From Candidatus Puniceispirillaceae bacterium (GTDB lineage Bacteria; Pseudomonadota; Alphaproteobacteria; Puniceispirillales; Puniceispirillaceae), in contig CBFHOS010000008.1 of assembly GCA_965657645.1 (NCBI GenBank), positions 3,597-67,596 on the forward strand: DNA of 64,000 nucleotides, given 5' to 3'. Positions 9,010 through 18,304 of the stretch are shown here, piece after piece. Under the pieces are notes generated by a model. The model searched no databases. It was not told the DNA's origin and was given only the letters and a program-made list of their open reading frames with translations. A program made the position numbers and the translations under genes. The number at the start of each line of letters is the position of its first letter. The first letter of the stretch is position 1.

Positions 9010-10311
9010 CTAGGCGATCTCCCGCTCGCGTTCGGTTACGTTGGAATATCCATCGACCGCGCTGTCCCACGGTATCGTAGCGCCCAATGTCTTGGCAATC
9101 GCAATCGCCGATTTCAAACCATCCTCATGAAACCCGTACCCTGTCCATGCCCCCGCAAAAAACAAATGATCACGTCCCTGTATCTCAGCCAATCTTGATT
9201 GAGCGGCAATGGCCTCCTCATCAAAAATCGGATGCTCATAGAGAAATGTGCCGTGAACCAAGGCTGGGTCAGGCTCGATATGCGGGTTTAGGGTTTCATA
9301 TAGCGGATATTTCTCCTCAATCGATTGTAACCGGTTCATCCAGTAAGTGAGGCATAATTCGCCTCCCGTGCTGGGTCCGGTGAGGTAGTTCCATGCCGCC
9401 CACGTCGCACGGCGGCGCGGCATAAGCCGTTCATCTGAATGCAGAACAGCGCGGTTTTCCTGAAACTTAAAGCAAGAAAGGATTTCGTTCTCGGCCGCGG
9501 TCGGATCAGTAATCAACCCCAGCGATTGATCAGCATGGGCGGCCATAATAACCTTGTCGAACCAGACATCACCCTGCCCCTCGATCGACAGGATAACCCC
9601 GCCTTGGTCGCGTTTTATGCCGGTGATATTCGTTGATAGATGAATGGATTTACCAAGCGCGGCAACGATCCGATTCACATATTGGCGCGATCCCCCTTTA
9701 ACCGTGCGCCATTGCGGCCGGTCGATAAAGTTCAACAGCTTGTGGTTTTCCAAAAACCGCATGAACGACCGAATGGGGAAATCGAGCATCATCGATGATG
9801 TACAGGACCAAATGGCGGCGCTCATCGGCAATAGATGGTCCTCGACAAAAGCGGTGCCATATCCCTCACGCTGGATAAAATCGCGCAAAGTCTCGTCCGC
9901 CGGCCCGTTATAGGCCTGTTTTGGAGCGCGCTTATAAAACCGGACCAGATCATACAGCATCGACCAATAACGCGGGCGCAACAGATTGGATGGCTGGGCC
10001 AGCAATCCGGCTACTGATCCTTCATATTCGCTGGCACCATCATCCAGAGACACGCCAAAACTCATATCGGTGTTTTGCGTGGGGACGTCCAGAACCCGAA
10101 ACAATTCGATTAAATTTGGATAGTTTAGGGGATTATAGACGATAAAGCCCGTATCTACCGGTACCTTTACGCCGTCAAAATCCGCATCAACAGTATGGCT
10201 ATGTCCACCAATTCGATCTGCATTTTCAAACAAATGAACTTCGGCAACATCCTTTAACAAAAAGGCCGCCCCAAGGCCGGAAATTCCCGATCCAACAACC
10301 GCTACACGCAT
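9010..10311 (-). CDS. NAD/FAD-binding oxidoreductase, COG2907 / amine-oxidase-like (UfaD-like)
   Basis: 433 aa. Rossmann motif MRVAVVGSGISGLGAA...LFE...RIGGH at the N-terminus. First gene of the operon. Confidence 0.85.
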   Translation of the reverse strand: MRVAVVGSGISGLGAAFLLKDVAEVHLFENADRIGGHSHTVDADFDGVKVPVDTGFIVYNPLNYPNLIELFRVLDVPTQNTDMSFGVSLDDGASEYEGSVAGLLAQPSNLLRPRYWSMLYDLVRFYKRAPKQAYNGPADETLRDFIQREGYGTAFVEDHLLPMSAAIWSCTSSMMLDFPIRSFMRFLENHKLLNFIDRPQWRTVKGGSRQYVNRIVAALGKSIHLSTNITGIKRDQGGVILSIEGQGDVWFDKVIMAAHADQSLGLITDPTAAENEILSCFKFQENRAVLHSDERLMPRRRATWAAWNYLTGPSTGGELCLTYWMNRLQSIEEKYPLYETLNPHIEPDPALVHGTFLYEHPIFDEEAIAAQSRLAEIQGRDHLFFAGAWTGYGFHEDGLKSAIAIAKTLGATIPWDSAVDGYSNVTEREREIA

Positions 10312-10499
10312 TATATATCCCTATTAACCAAGCCGTTATCTAGTTTTGTTTTCAAGATAATAGCCTAAACTTAAGTTATCACTAAACTATAAGTGAAGAT
10401 GCTAGCTATTGTTAGCCCTTACCGTGTCTCATCGGGTATAATAAACACGGACACGCGTATTATATATGCTGGCTGGCTTATCTTTCTGTGGAGTAATGA

Positions 10500-11486
10500 A
10501 TGATCAAAACTGTTGGGATTGCGCGTGACAATACTGACGTTCAGTCTATTGATATTTGGCAAGATGGGTTATCCGCGACGGTGTTGACTTGGGGGGCGGT
10601 ACTCCAAGATTTGCGCCTTGTTGGGCATAATCTGCCGTTGGTTCTTGGCTTTCCAAAATTCAAACATTACCCACGCTATTCGCCATCTTTTGGCGCAATG
10701 GTTGGGCGTTACGCCAATCGGATAAACCGAGGGCAGGCACGAATCGATGGACAGACGCACCAGCTCGACACCAATTACCTCGGCAAGCATTGCCTGCATG
10801 GCGGCACAGTTAATTATGGCAACCAATGTTGGGACATCATCGATCACGAACATAATTTTGTCACCCTTGGCCTCAGCGATCCGGATGGGATGATGGGGTT
10901 CCCCGGTGAATGTGCCGTGACCTGTCGTTATGAGATCAAAGCGAAGAATATTCTTGCGATTACCGTTGAGGCAACCACCACCCAGACAACCATTTTTAAT
11001 CCGGCCCATCACAGCTATTTCTCGCTCGATGACCGCAATGATATTCGCGGCCATCATCTTTGTATTGCGGCCGAACATTACTTGCCAACGGACGCCGAAT
11101 TGATCCCGACTGGCGAGATTGCGGCTGTAGCCAATACAGGTTTTGATTTTCGGGAAATGCGCGAAATCGGTGACAATGCCATCGACCATAATTACTGCAT
11201 TGGCGAGGCACGCGGGACACCGCGGCCGGTGGCTACGTTAAACAGCCCCTATTCCGGTATTAGCATGGAAGTAACAACCACCGAGCCCGGCCTCCAGCTT
11301 TATACTGGTCATAAATTGGGCCCGCCAGTCAGGGGGCACATAAAGCCGCTTTACCGCGCTTTTTCGGGGGTATGCCTAGAGCCGCAAATCTGGCCAGATG
11401 CGCCCAACCACGACCATTTTCCATCAGCCGAATTGACACCAGATCAGCGCTATATTCAGCAAACCGAATTTTGTTTCACCAAGTAA
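10500..11486 (+). CDS. Aldose 1-epimerase (galactose mutarotase family)
   Basis: 328 aa. Contains the GRYANRI motif, LHGG and a conserved HxYFNL-like HHSYFSL. GGAG lies 6 nt upstream of the ATG. Confidence 0.8.
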   Translation: MIKTVGIARDNTDVQSIDIWQDGLSATVLTWGAVLQDLRLVGHNLPLVLGFPKFKHYPRYSPSFGAMVGRYANRINRGQARIDGQTHQLDTNYLGKHCLHGGTVNYGNQCWDIIDHEHNFVTLGLSDPDGMMGFPGECAVTCRYEIKAKNILAITVEATTTQTTIFNPAHHSYFSLDDRNDIRGHHLCIAAEHYLPTDAELIPTGEIAAVANTGFDFREMREIGDNAIDHNYCIGEARGTPRPVATLNSPYSGISMEVTTTEPGLQLYTGHKLGPPVRGHIKPLYRAFSGVCLEPQIWPDAPNHDHFPSAELTPDQRYIQQTEFCFTK

Positions 11487-11565
11487 AACATTTATCTGTT
11501 CAAATTGGCCCTAGCTGGGCTACCACATCTTCACCGCGTTTGCATGACCGGTTTCGGAGGACATA

Positions 11566-12612
11566 ATGCTCTATAATAAACTTGGCACAACTGACATTGA
11601 TATCAGCGCCCTATGCCTTGGCTCTATGACGTGGGGAACACAAAATAGTTTTGCCGAAGGTCATGCACAGATCGACATGGCACTGGATCACGGCGTAAAC
11701 ATTATCGACACCGCGGAGATGTATCCAAGCACCCCTCTGTCAAAAGCCACACAGGGCGATACCGAGCGGGTTATTGGCGAATGGGTGGCCAAATCTGGAC
11801 GCCGCAGTGATGTTATCATCGCCACCAAAGTTGCCGGTGAAGGCTATGCCAATGTTCGCGATGGCGCGTCGATCTCGCCTGAAACAATTGTCGCGGCGGT
11901 TGAGGCATCGCTTAAATCACTGCAAACCGATTACATTGATCTATACCAGCTGCATTGGCCTAATCGCGGATCCTACATGTTCCGCAAAAACTGGTTCTAC
12001 GATCCGACCACACAGAATAAACAGGAATTTCTCGAGCATATCGCAGAGATTCTGGAATGCCTGCAAGAGCTTGTTACTGCTGGCAAAATTCGCCATATCG
12101 GCCTATCTAACGAGAGCGCATGGGGAACCGCGCAATGGCTACGGCAATCAGAGGATAAGGGGCTTCCGAGGGTGATGACCATCCAGAACGAATATAGCCT
12201 GTTATGCCGCCTTTATGACACTGATCTGGCCGAACTTAGCCATAATGAGAATGTTGGCCTGCTCGCCTTCTCGCCGCTTGCATGCGGCCTATTGACCGGT
12301 AAATACAGCCCGGAAAACAGTCCGGCGGACTCTCGGCGGGACATCTCGTCCGATGATTTAGGTGGACGCACAACCGCACGTGTTTGGCCCGCCATTGATG
12401 CCTATATGGGGATTGCCAAGCGGCACGGTTTGAATCTGGTGCAGATGGCATTGGCCTTTGCCCGCATGCGGCCCTTTATGGCGTCTGTGATTTTTGGGGC
12501 CACCACGCTGGACCAGTTAGAGGTGGCTTTGGGCGCGGCTGACTTGATGTTATCAAACGAAGTCATGGCCGATATTGAAAAAGCCCATAAGGCCCACCCG
12601 ATGCCGTTTTAA
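11566..12612 (+). CDS. Aldo/keto reductase (Tas-like, NADP-dependent)
   Basis: 348 aa. AKR motifs GTMTWG-like LGSMTWG, IDTAEMY, DLYQLHWP and IGLSNE. Confidence 0.9.
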   Translation: MLYNKLGTTDIDISALCLGSMTWGTQNSFAEGHAQIDMALDHGVNIIDTAEMYPSTPLSKATQGDTERVIGEWVAKSGRRSDVIIATKVAGEGYANVRDGASISPETIVAAVEASLKSLQTDYIDLYQLHWPNRGSYMFRKNWFYDPTTQNKQEFLEHIAEILECLQELVTAGKIRHIGLSNESAWGTAQWLRQSEDKGLPRVMTIQNEYSLLCRLYDTDLAELSHNENVGLLAFSPLACGLLTGKYSPENSPADSRRDISSDDLGGRTTARVWPAIDAYMGIAKRHGLNLVQMALAFARMRPFMASVIFGATTLDQLEVALGAADLMLSNEVMADIEKAHKAHPMPF

Positions 12613-12651
12613 GTAAAGCTAAACCAGAACAACAGTCATTTAGGTAACATC

Positions 12652-12993
12652 ATGTCAGAGACTATCTATAAGATTTGCCCGTCAGACATCTGGCAGGAGG
12701 CCGAAGCAGCAGGAAAATTTACTGGCGCTGGCATTGATATTGCCGATGGGTTTATTCATTTCTCAACAGCGGCACAGGCCGGCGAGACAGCTCGGCTCCA
12801 TTTTCATGGCAAGAGCGGATTGGTGCTGGTGAGTGTCAACACGGCAAGCCTAGAGATAAAATGGGAAGCATCACGCGGCGGCGCATTGTTCCCGCACCTA
12901 TATGGTGATTTGCCAATGAGCGCGGTCATCGCCGTAACCCCAATGCCATTGGACGATAATGACGTGCCGCAGATACCAGAAAATCTGGAATAG
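12652..12993 (+). CDS. DUF952 family protein
   Basis: 113 aa. The pattern IYKI...W...DGFIHFS...WE.SRGG.LFPHLYG is typical of DUF952. Confidence 0.7.
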   Translation: MSETIYKICPSDIWQEAEAAGKFTGAGIDIADGFIHFSTAAQAGETARLHFHGKSGLVLVSVNTASLEIKWEASRGGALFPHLYGDLPMSAVIAVTPMPLDDNDVPQIPENLE

Positions 12994-12995
12994 GG

Positions 12996-14486
12996 TTAGC
13001 TGAGAGCTAAAGCCGCGTTTATTTCCCCTTGTGATGGCGCGTTTGCATATCCGCACAGCACATAGCCATCTGGCCGGATAATCGCCGCCTCTATGCCAAT
13101 AGTTGCTAGAGCGGTTGCAACGGATGGTTCGTGATCGGGATTTATCACCGCCGCATTACGGCCGCCAACATCGATATCGCCCCGCGCCAACACGATAAAC
13201 CGGCCATCACCATAATCATCCAGCCGGACACCGTTTAAGAGGGTCGGTTGGGCAAACATAGTCCCACCGTTGGGATCGTCATCATTCGCCAAACCCGGCC
13301 CCAACCCGCGCAAGATTGACGCCATTGTCGCCGTACCATCATCTGGATTCATTGCCGAGACAAGCGATTCCGCCGTTTCACAGCTATTCATCAAGGTGCC
13401 AACATTCATTGTCGTCTTGATATAGGTTTCAGCATGGGCCGCGCGTTCACTGCCATAGCTGTCCAGAAGATCATCACTATAGCCATCGCGCAGAACGCTG
13501 ATTAATTTCCAGCCAAGATTGCTAGCGTCACGAACGCCTGTACACATCCCCTGCCCCATGAAAGGCGGCATTAAATGCGCCGCATCACCGGCTATCATCA
13601 TCCGGTCACGCCGCCATATATCGGCCAGCTTTGACTCAAAGCGATATACCGCCTTGCGCTCAAGCACAGCGTCATCACTAGTCAGTTTTGGCGCCAGTCG
13701 TGCCCAGACAAAATCATCGCTAACCGCCAATTCGTCATCTTCATGATCGAGCAGATTAATTTCCCACCGCCGGCGATCAAGTGGGCACCGGACATAGGTG
13801 CTAGGGCGTTCCGGATTACAGGTTTGTATTGTGAAATCACCAAGATCAGGACGCGGTTTAGTCAACACAACATCGACGACAAGCCATCTTTCTTGAAAGC
13901 CAAAATCGATCATTTCGCTTCCGATATGCTGACGAATTATGGATTTAGCCCCATCACAACCAACAACATAGCGTCCAGTCGCCTTAAAATCCTGACCCTT
14001 TTCCTTGCCAATCAGAGTGACGCTATCCTCTGCCTCTTTGAGGCTATGCACATTGGTATTTCGCATCACCTTCACACAATCATAACGATCCAGCCCGTCA
14101 TTCATAATTTTCTCAATATCAGGCTGGTGAAAGCGGTAGCTAGGATGCCAGCCGAACGGGCCGACCTCTTGGGGCCGCGGCCAATCGAGCAACAAATTGT
14201 CTTGCTTATCGACAAAGCGCATGCCGGGGTTAATCCGCGCCACTTCCTCGACCTTTTCGGCAACGCCAATGGATTGGAAAACCCGCATGGTCTGATCATC
14301 AAAATGAACGGCTCTTGGCAGTGGATAGGCGGCGGCTTCGCGCTCTATGACGAGGGTGTTAATACCAGCCTTGCCCATCATGTTGGCCAACACGCCGCCA
14401 ACAGGACCAAGACCAACAATCACCACGTCAAAACTATCATCAGACATATAATTCACCGCATTTTCAGCGTAAATCGGGTTACGCAA
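12996..14486 (-). CDS. FAD-dependent aromatic monooxygenase (MhpA-like 3-hydroxyphenylpropionate hydroxylase family)
   Basis: 496 aa. Contains DVVIVGLGPVGGVLA (GxGxxG) and GDAAHLMPPFMGQGMCTGVRDASNL. Confidence 0.85.
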   Translation of the reverse strand: MRNPIYAENAVNYMSDDSFDVVIVGLGPVGGVLANMMGKAGINTLVIEREAAAYPLPRAVHFDDQTMRVFQSIGVAEKVEEVARINPGMRFVDKQDNLLLDWPRPQEVGPFGWHPSYRFHQPDIEKIMNDGLDRYDCVKVMRNTNVHSLKEAEDSVTLIGKEKGQDFKATGRYVVGCDGAKSIIRQHIGSEMIDFGFQERWLVVDVVLTKPRPDLGDFTIQTCNPERPSTYVRCPLDRRRWEINLLDHEDDELAVSDDFVWARLAPKLTSDDAVLERKAVYRFESKLADIWRRDRMMIAGDAAHLMPPFMGQGMCTGVRDASNLGWKLISVLRDGYSDDLLDSYGSERAAHAETYIKTTMNVGTLMNSCETAESLVSAMNPDDGTATMASILRGLGPGLANDDDPNGGTMFAQPTLLNGVRLDDYGDGRFIVLARGDIDVGGRNAAVINPDHEPSVATALATIGIEAAIIRPDGYVLCGYANAPSQGEINAALALS

Positions 14487-14489
14487 AGC

Positions 14490-15461
14490 CTATTTTACAA
14501 GCTGGTCATACAACCAAGGGCAATCAACTACATTGGGAACACGCAATCCATCCTTGGCTGCCTGCAACCGCATTTCACGCAAATGTGTGCGGTTCTCATG
14601 ATCCTTTAGATGGATCCGCTCATGCCCCCAAAAGCTAGGCCCGACATTGGTTTCATGCGGCACCCATTCATTCATATCAATAATGCGCCCACCCCATCCG
14701 CTCTCTATGAAAAAGTCACAGGGCGTATGAGAATAGAACGAAGTCATCCAGTCATTTGTGTGACGACCAAGGGTATAGGCAATGCGGTCATCCTCCATAG
14801 AGGCAAGGTCATAGGCCTGACCGACATCGTCAAGATTGGCAAATTCGACCATAAAATGATGCAGACCGCTACGCCCTGATCCAATAATCGCAAAGCTATG
14901 ATGCCGACCATTCACATGGAAAAAATACATCGGATATGGCTTTAATCCGTAATCAGAGACAGAAAAGCCCAGAAGATCACGGTAAAATGGCAATAGTCTG
15001 TTGGCATCCTCAACATGCATAACCGCATGGCCCATGCCATAGGGGCCCGTCACAAATCCCTCAATCGGGCGACCAGAGATAAATGGATCGGTGGCTGTCT
15101 CCGCGCCATAGAATAATTCAACACGGTTACCGTCAGGGTCATGGAAATAGATCATCTTATCGACAAAGCGCTGATCGCATAGGCCTTTATCGCCGATTGT
15201 CACCTTGGTGCCGGCCTTATCCAGCACGGCGGCAAAATGCTCCAGATCATCTGGATGCTCTACCTGCCAGCCCATAAAGCCCAAAGAGTTACCAACCTCA
15301 TCGGTTACGACAAAGCGTTGGCGCCAATCATCCATTCTAAAGGACAGGGTCCCAGCCCCACTATCCACCTGCTGCATGCCGAGAAACTTGCCCGCAAAGT
15401 AGCTCCATTCGTCGAGCTTAGGTGATCGGGCCCCCATGTATCCAAGAGCAGTGATTGCCAC
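14490..15461 (-). CDS. Type I extradiol ring-cleavage dioxygenase (VOC superfamily, BphC/HsaC-like)
   Basis: 323 aa. Contains LGYMG, GHAVMHV, NGRHHSFA, HHFMVE and LGRHTNDWMTSFY. Lies 3 nt upstream of the monooxygenase gene. Confidence 0.8.
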   Translation of the reverse strand: MAITALGYMGARSPKLDEWSYFAGKFLGMQQVDSGAGTLSFRMDDWRQRFVVTDEVGNSLGFMGWQVEHPDDLEHFAAVLDKAGTKVTIGDKGLCDQRFVDKMIYFHDPDGNRVELFYGAETATDPFISGRPIEGFVTGPYGMGHAVMHVEDANRLLPFYRDLLGFSVSDYGLKPYPMYFFHVNGRHHSFAIIGSGRSGLHHFMVEFANLDDVGQAYDLASMEDDRIAYTLGRHTNDWMTSFYSHTPCDFFIESGWGGRIIDMNEWVPHETNVGPSFWGHERIHLKDHENRTHLREMRLQAAKDGLRVPNVVDCPWLYDQLVK

Positions 15462-15696
15462 AATAGATTCCCCGTCAAAAATTTATATTAGAGGGAAAAT
15501 TTCCGGAGCGTAAAGTTTAATTGTGACAATCGACAGATAAGAGCTACCATTTGTAGCGCCTCATCAATGATTGGGTGGATAATGTATAAAGTGAGTCATC
15601 ACATTGATTACATGCCAGTCAGGCCTTTTATCATTATCGATGAGACCATATATACGCTCATATGTTTTAGACAGTTTTTTGGAAAAATGCAGAGTA

Positions 15697-16230
15697 ATGA
15701 CGCAGCCATCGCCGCTTTCCAGTATTTTTAGTGAGACCATAACGATCTGGCCATATCGCTCGTTATCTCCGCGTGGTTTCGCGATCTTTATGGCTGTGCT
15801 TTGCGGCCTTGCCTTTTCCATCGGGCTTGGCTTTTTCCTCCTTGGTGCATGGCCTGTTATCGGCTTTTTGGGGCTGGAAATTCTGGTCGTTTGGGCAGTC
15901 TTTAAAATGAACTATCGGGCCGCACAAAAACGCCAATCGGTGACTGTCACGGATAAGGAAGTCACTGTTCGCACCACTCACCCAAATGGAAAAACCGAAG
16001 AGAACGCATTTCCAACGTCATGGGCAACGGTCAGTATATCACCATCGAGTGCGCCAGATCTTGCCGCGCGCTATCATCAGAAAATCACCATTCGTTCGCA
16101 TGGCGTGATCTTGCCCATTGGTGAATTTCTGCATCCAGCTGAGACACCTGTTCTGGCACGCGACATAACCGACATGGTTGAACGCGCCCGCCGAGCCGGA
16201 ATTGATCACGCCCACCCTCGGTCTGACTAA
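15697..16230 (+). CDS. DUF2244-like integral membrane protein
   Basis: Starting at the ATG at 15697: PYRSLSPRGF followed by two TM helices and a soluble C-terminal domain. The track ORF (15604) is extended through an AT-rich leader. Family call is from memory. Confidence 0.55.
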   Translation: MTQPSPLSSIFSETITIWPYRSLSPRGFAIFMAVLCGLAFSIGLGFFLLGAWPVIGFLGLEILVVWAVFKMNYRAAQKRQSVTVTDKEVTVRTTHPNGKTEENAFPTSWATVSISPSSAPDLAARYHQKITIRSHGVILPIGEFLHPAETPVLARDITDMVERARRAGIDHAHPRSD

Positions 16231-16303
16231 GACCACCACAAATCTTCCTAGTTTCAGCGCATTTTTCTGATGAAACCAAAGCCAATTCAGGCCATTATAG
16301 CGC

Positions 16304-17011
16304 ATGGATTTTTTCACTCCCTTTCGCATTGCCGGACAGCTTATTTGGTCGCTCAATCCTGAACTTATCGGGATCGTCAGCCTATCGATGAGTGTAAGCT
16401 TGGTCGCGGTCACCATATCTCTGGCCATCGGCTTGCCTATGGGGGCTTTGCTGGCTAGTTGTCGGTTTCCGGGGCGCTCGATCGTGCTTGTTGTCACCAA
16501 TACCTTTCTGGCCATGCCGCCAGTCGTAATCGGCTTGCTGGTTTACATCTTAATCTCGCGGTCAGGCCCCTTTGGCTTTTTGGGCATTCTATACACGCCG
16601 GTCGCCATGATGATTGCACAAACCATTTTGGTACTGCCCATCTCAATCGCCCTGTCGCGTCAGGTTCTGGAAAATCTGCATGGGGAATATGCACCGTTGT
16701 TTAGCTCGCTCGGAATCGGTGTCTTTCGCCAAGCCCTCACCCTAATGCGGGACGCACGCATTGCTTTGGTCACGATCGGGCTGGCATGTTTTGGCCGGGC
16801 TATTTCAGAGGTAGGCGCGGTGATGATTGTGGGGGGCAACATCAGGCATTCAACGCGGGTGATGACCACCGCAATCGGATTGGAGACATCCAAAGGCGAG
16901 CTTGCCACGGCGATGGCGCTGGGTATTGTTCTGTTGGGCATCGCGCTTGCGGTAAATATCCTCATCCAGCTATTGCGCCAACATCTGGCCAAGGGATCTG
17001 ATTATGTCTGA
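16304..17011 (+). CDS. ABC transporter permease (TupB/CysTW-like)
   Basis: 235 aa with about 5 TM segments. FGRAISEVGAVMIVGGNIRHSTRVMTTAIGLETSKGE resembles tungstate-type TupB permeases. Confidence 0.8.
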   Translation: MDFFTPFRIAGQLIWSLNPELIGIVSLSMSVSLVAVTISLAIGLPMGALLASCRFPGRSIVLVVTNTFLAMPPVVIGLLVYILISRSGPFGFLGILYTPVAMMIAQTILVLPISIALSRQVLENLHGEYAPLFSSLGIGVFRQALTLMRDARIALVTIGLACFGRAISEVGAVMIVGGNIRHSTRVMTTAIGLETSKGELATAMALGIVLLGIALAVNILIQLLRQHLAKGSDYV

Positions 17012-17669
17012 TATCCTGACCGCCCATAACCTGCGCATCGTAAGAGACGGGCAAACCCTCATTCAGGATATTTCATTCTCATTGCAAGCTGGCAAAATCA
17101 CCATGCTATTGGGGCATAATGGCGCTGGTAAAACGGTTTTGACACGGGCCCTGCATGGGGTGATTGATTGTGATGATGGTAGCATCACCGCACCGCCTCA
17201 CGCTGATCAAAAGATGGTGTTTCAAAAGCCAATTTTGCTACGGCGTACGGTGCGTGAGCATTTTGATTATGTCTGTCCCGGGCAAAACCGTGATCAGGTG
17301 ATGGCGTGGCTAGACACCGCTGGCATTGCCGATCTCGCCAACCGCAATTGCCATACGCTATCTGGCGGTGAGCAACAAAAACTGGCGTTAATTGGGGCAC
17401 TCGCCGCCGCACCAAAACTTTTATTTTTGGACGAACCATCAGCGCATCTTGATATCGATGCGACCATTTTCATTGAGGATATGATCATCAAGGCACGCGA
17501 TGCTGGCATGACCATTTTGATGATTAGTCACAACCGGTCGCAGGCCGAAAGGCTGGCTGAGCATGTATTGTTCCTGAATAAAGGGCGACTTGTTACCAGC
17601 TGTTCTGCGGCGGATTTTTTCACCACGCCACAAAACGAAATCATCAGCCAGTTTCTAGCCCACCTATAG
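17004..17669 (+). CDS. ABC transporter ATP-binding protein
   Basis: Walker A GHNGAGKT, signature LSGGEQQ and Walker B LLFLDEP. Overlaps the permease gene by 8 nt. Confidence 0.9.
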   Translation: MSDILTAHNLRIVRDGQTLIQDISFSLQAGKITMLLGHNGAGKTVLTRALHGVIDCDDGSITAPPHADQKMVFQKPILLRRTVREHFDYVCPGQNRDQVMAWLDTAGIADLANRNCHTLSGGEQQKLALIGALAAAPKLLFLDEPSAHLDIDATIFIEDMIIKARDAGMTILMISHNRSQAERLAEHVLFLNKGRLVTSCSAADFFTTPQNEIISQFLAHL

Positions 17670-17671
17670 GC

Positions 17672-18304
17672 CTATTGAAGGCGACTAGCCAATTGGGCGG
17701 CTTTGCTCGCACGGGTGCAAATCTCTTCAAATTCACCTTTGGCAATTAAATCTGCTGGCGCAATCCAGCTGCCGCCAACACAGGCCACGTTGGCAAGAGC
17801 GAGATAATCGGGCGCATTTTCAAGCGATACACCGCCAGTTGGGCAGAAGGTGAAATGCGGCAATGGGCTAGCCAAAGCGGCAAGGAATTTAACCCCGCCA
17901 GATTGCCCCGCCGGGAAGAATTTAAGACAATCAAATCCCTGCTCACCAAGCGCTAGCATCTCTGAAACACTAGCCGCGCCGGGCAATAGCGGGATCGACG
18001 CGCTTGCACAGCCAGCAATAATCGCATCGGTCGCGCCCGGGCTAACCGCAAATACGGCACCAGCCTCAGCCGCGTTTGCCGCATCATCCGCCGTCAAAAT
18101 CGTTCCAGCACCAACCGCCATTTGTGGACGGGCCTTGGCAACCGCCGCGATGGCATCAAGCGCCGCAGGGGTACGCAAGGTGATCTCGATAGCGTTAATG
18201 CCACCATTCAACAAGGCATCAGCAAGCGGTACAGCCTGTGCCGCATCGTCGATAACAATCACCGGCATAACCGGCCCTAGCTTTAGAATGTCAGTAATGT
18301 TCAT
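17672..18304 (-). CDS. eda: KDPG / 4-hydroxy-2-oxoglutarate aldolase
   Basis: 210 aa. Eda-like sequence (VIVIDD...EITLRTP...KFFPA) in an edd-eda arrangement with a TAATG overlap. Confidence 0.9.
   Translation of the reverse strand: MNITDILKLGPVMPVIVIDDAAQAVPLADALLNGGINAIEITLRTPAALDAIAAVAKARPQMAVGAGTILTADDAANAAEAGAVFAVSPGATDAIIAGCASASIPLLPGAASVSEMLALGEQGFDCLKFFPAGQSGGVKFLAALASPLPHFTFCPTGGVSLENAPDYLALANVACVGGSWIAPADLIAKGEFEEICTRASKAAQLASRLQ

Noticed and set aside
10312-10499. Sigma-E (RpoE/ChrR-type) promoter upstream of the ufa-like operon
   Set aside because: I looked for a TGATC-type -35 element on the minus strand and found none. Only a 10-bp palindrome (AACTTAAGTT) and generic AT-rich sequence are present. 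I cannot support a specific promoter call.
13743-14609. 288-aa plus-strand ORF
   Set aside because: It is entirely antisense to the monooxygenase and dioxygenase genes, with low-complexity composition and no recognisable motifs.
15564-15821. 85-aa minus-strand ORF in the dioxygenase/DUF2244 intergenic region
   Set aside because: It overlaps the N-terminus of the DUF2244-like gene in antisense, is AT-rich and has no RBS.
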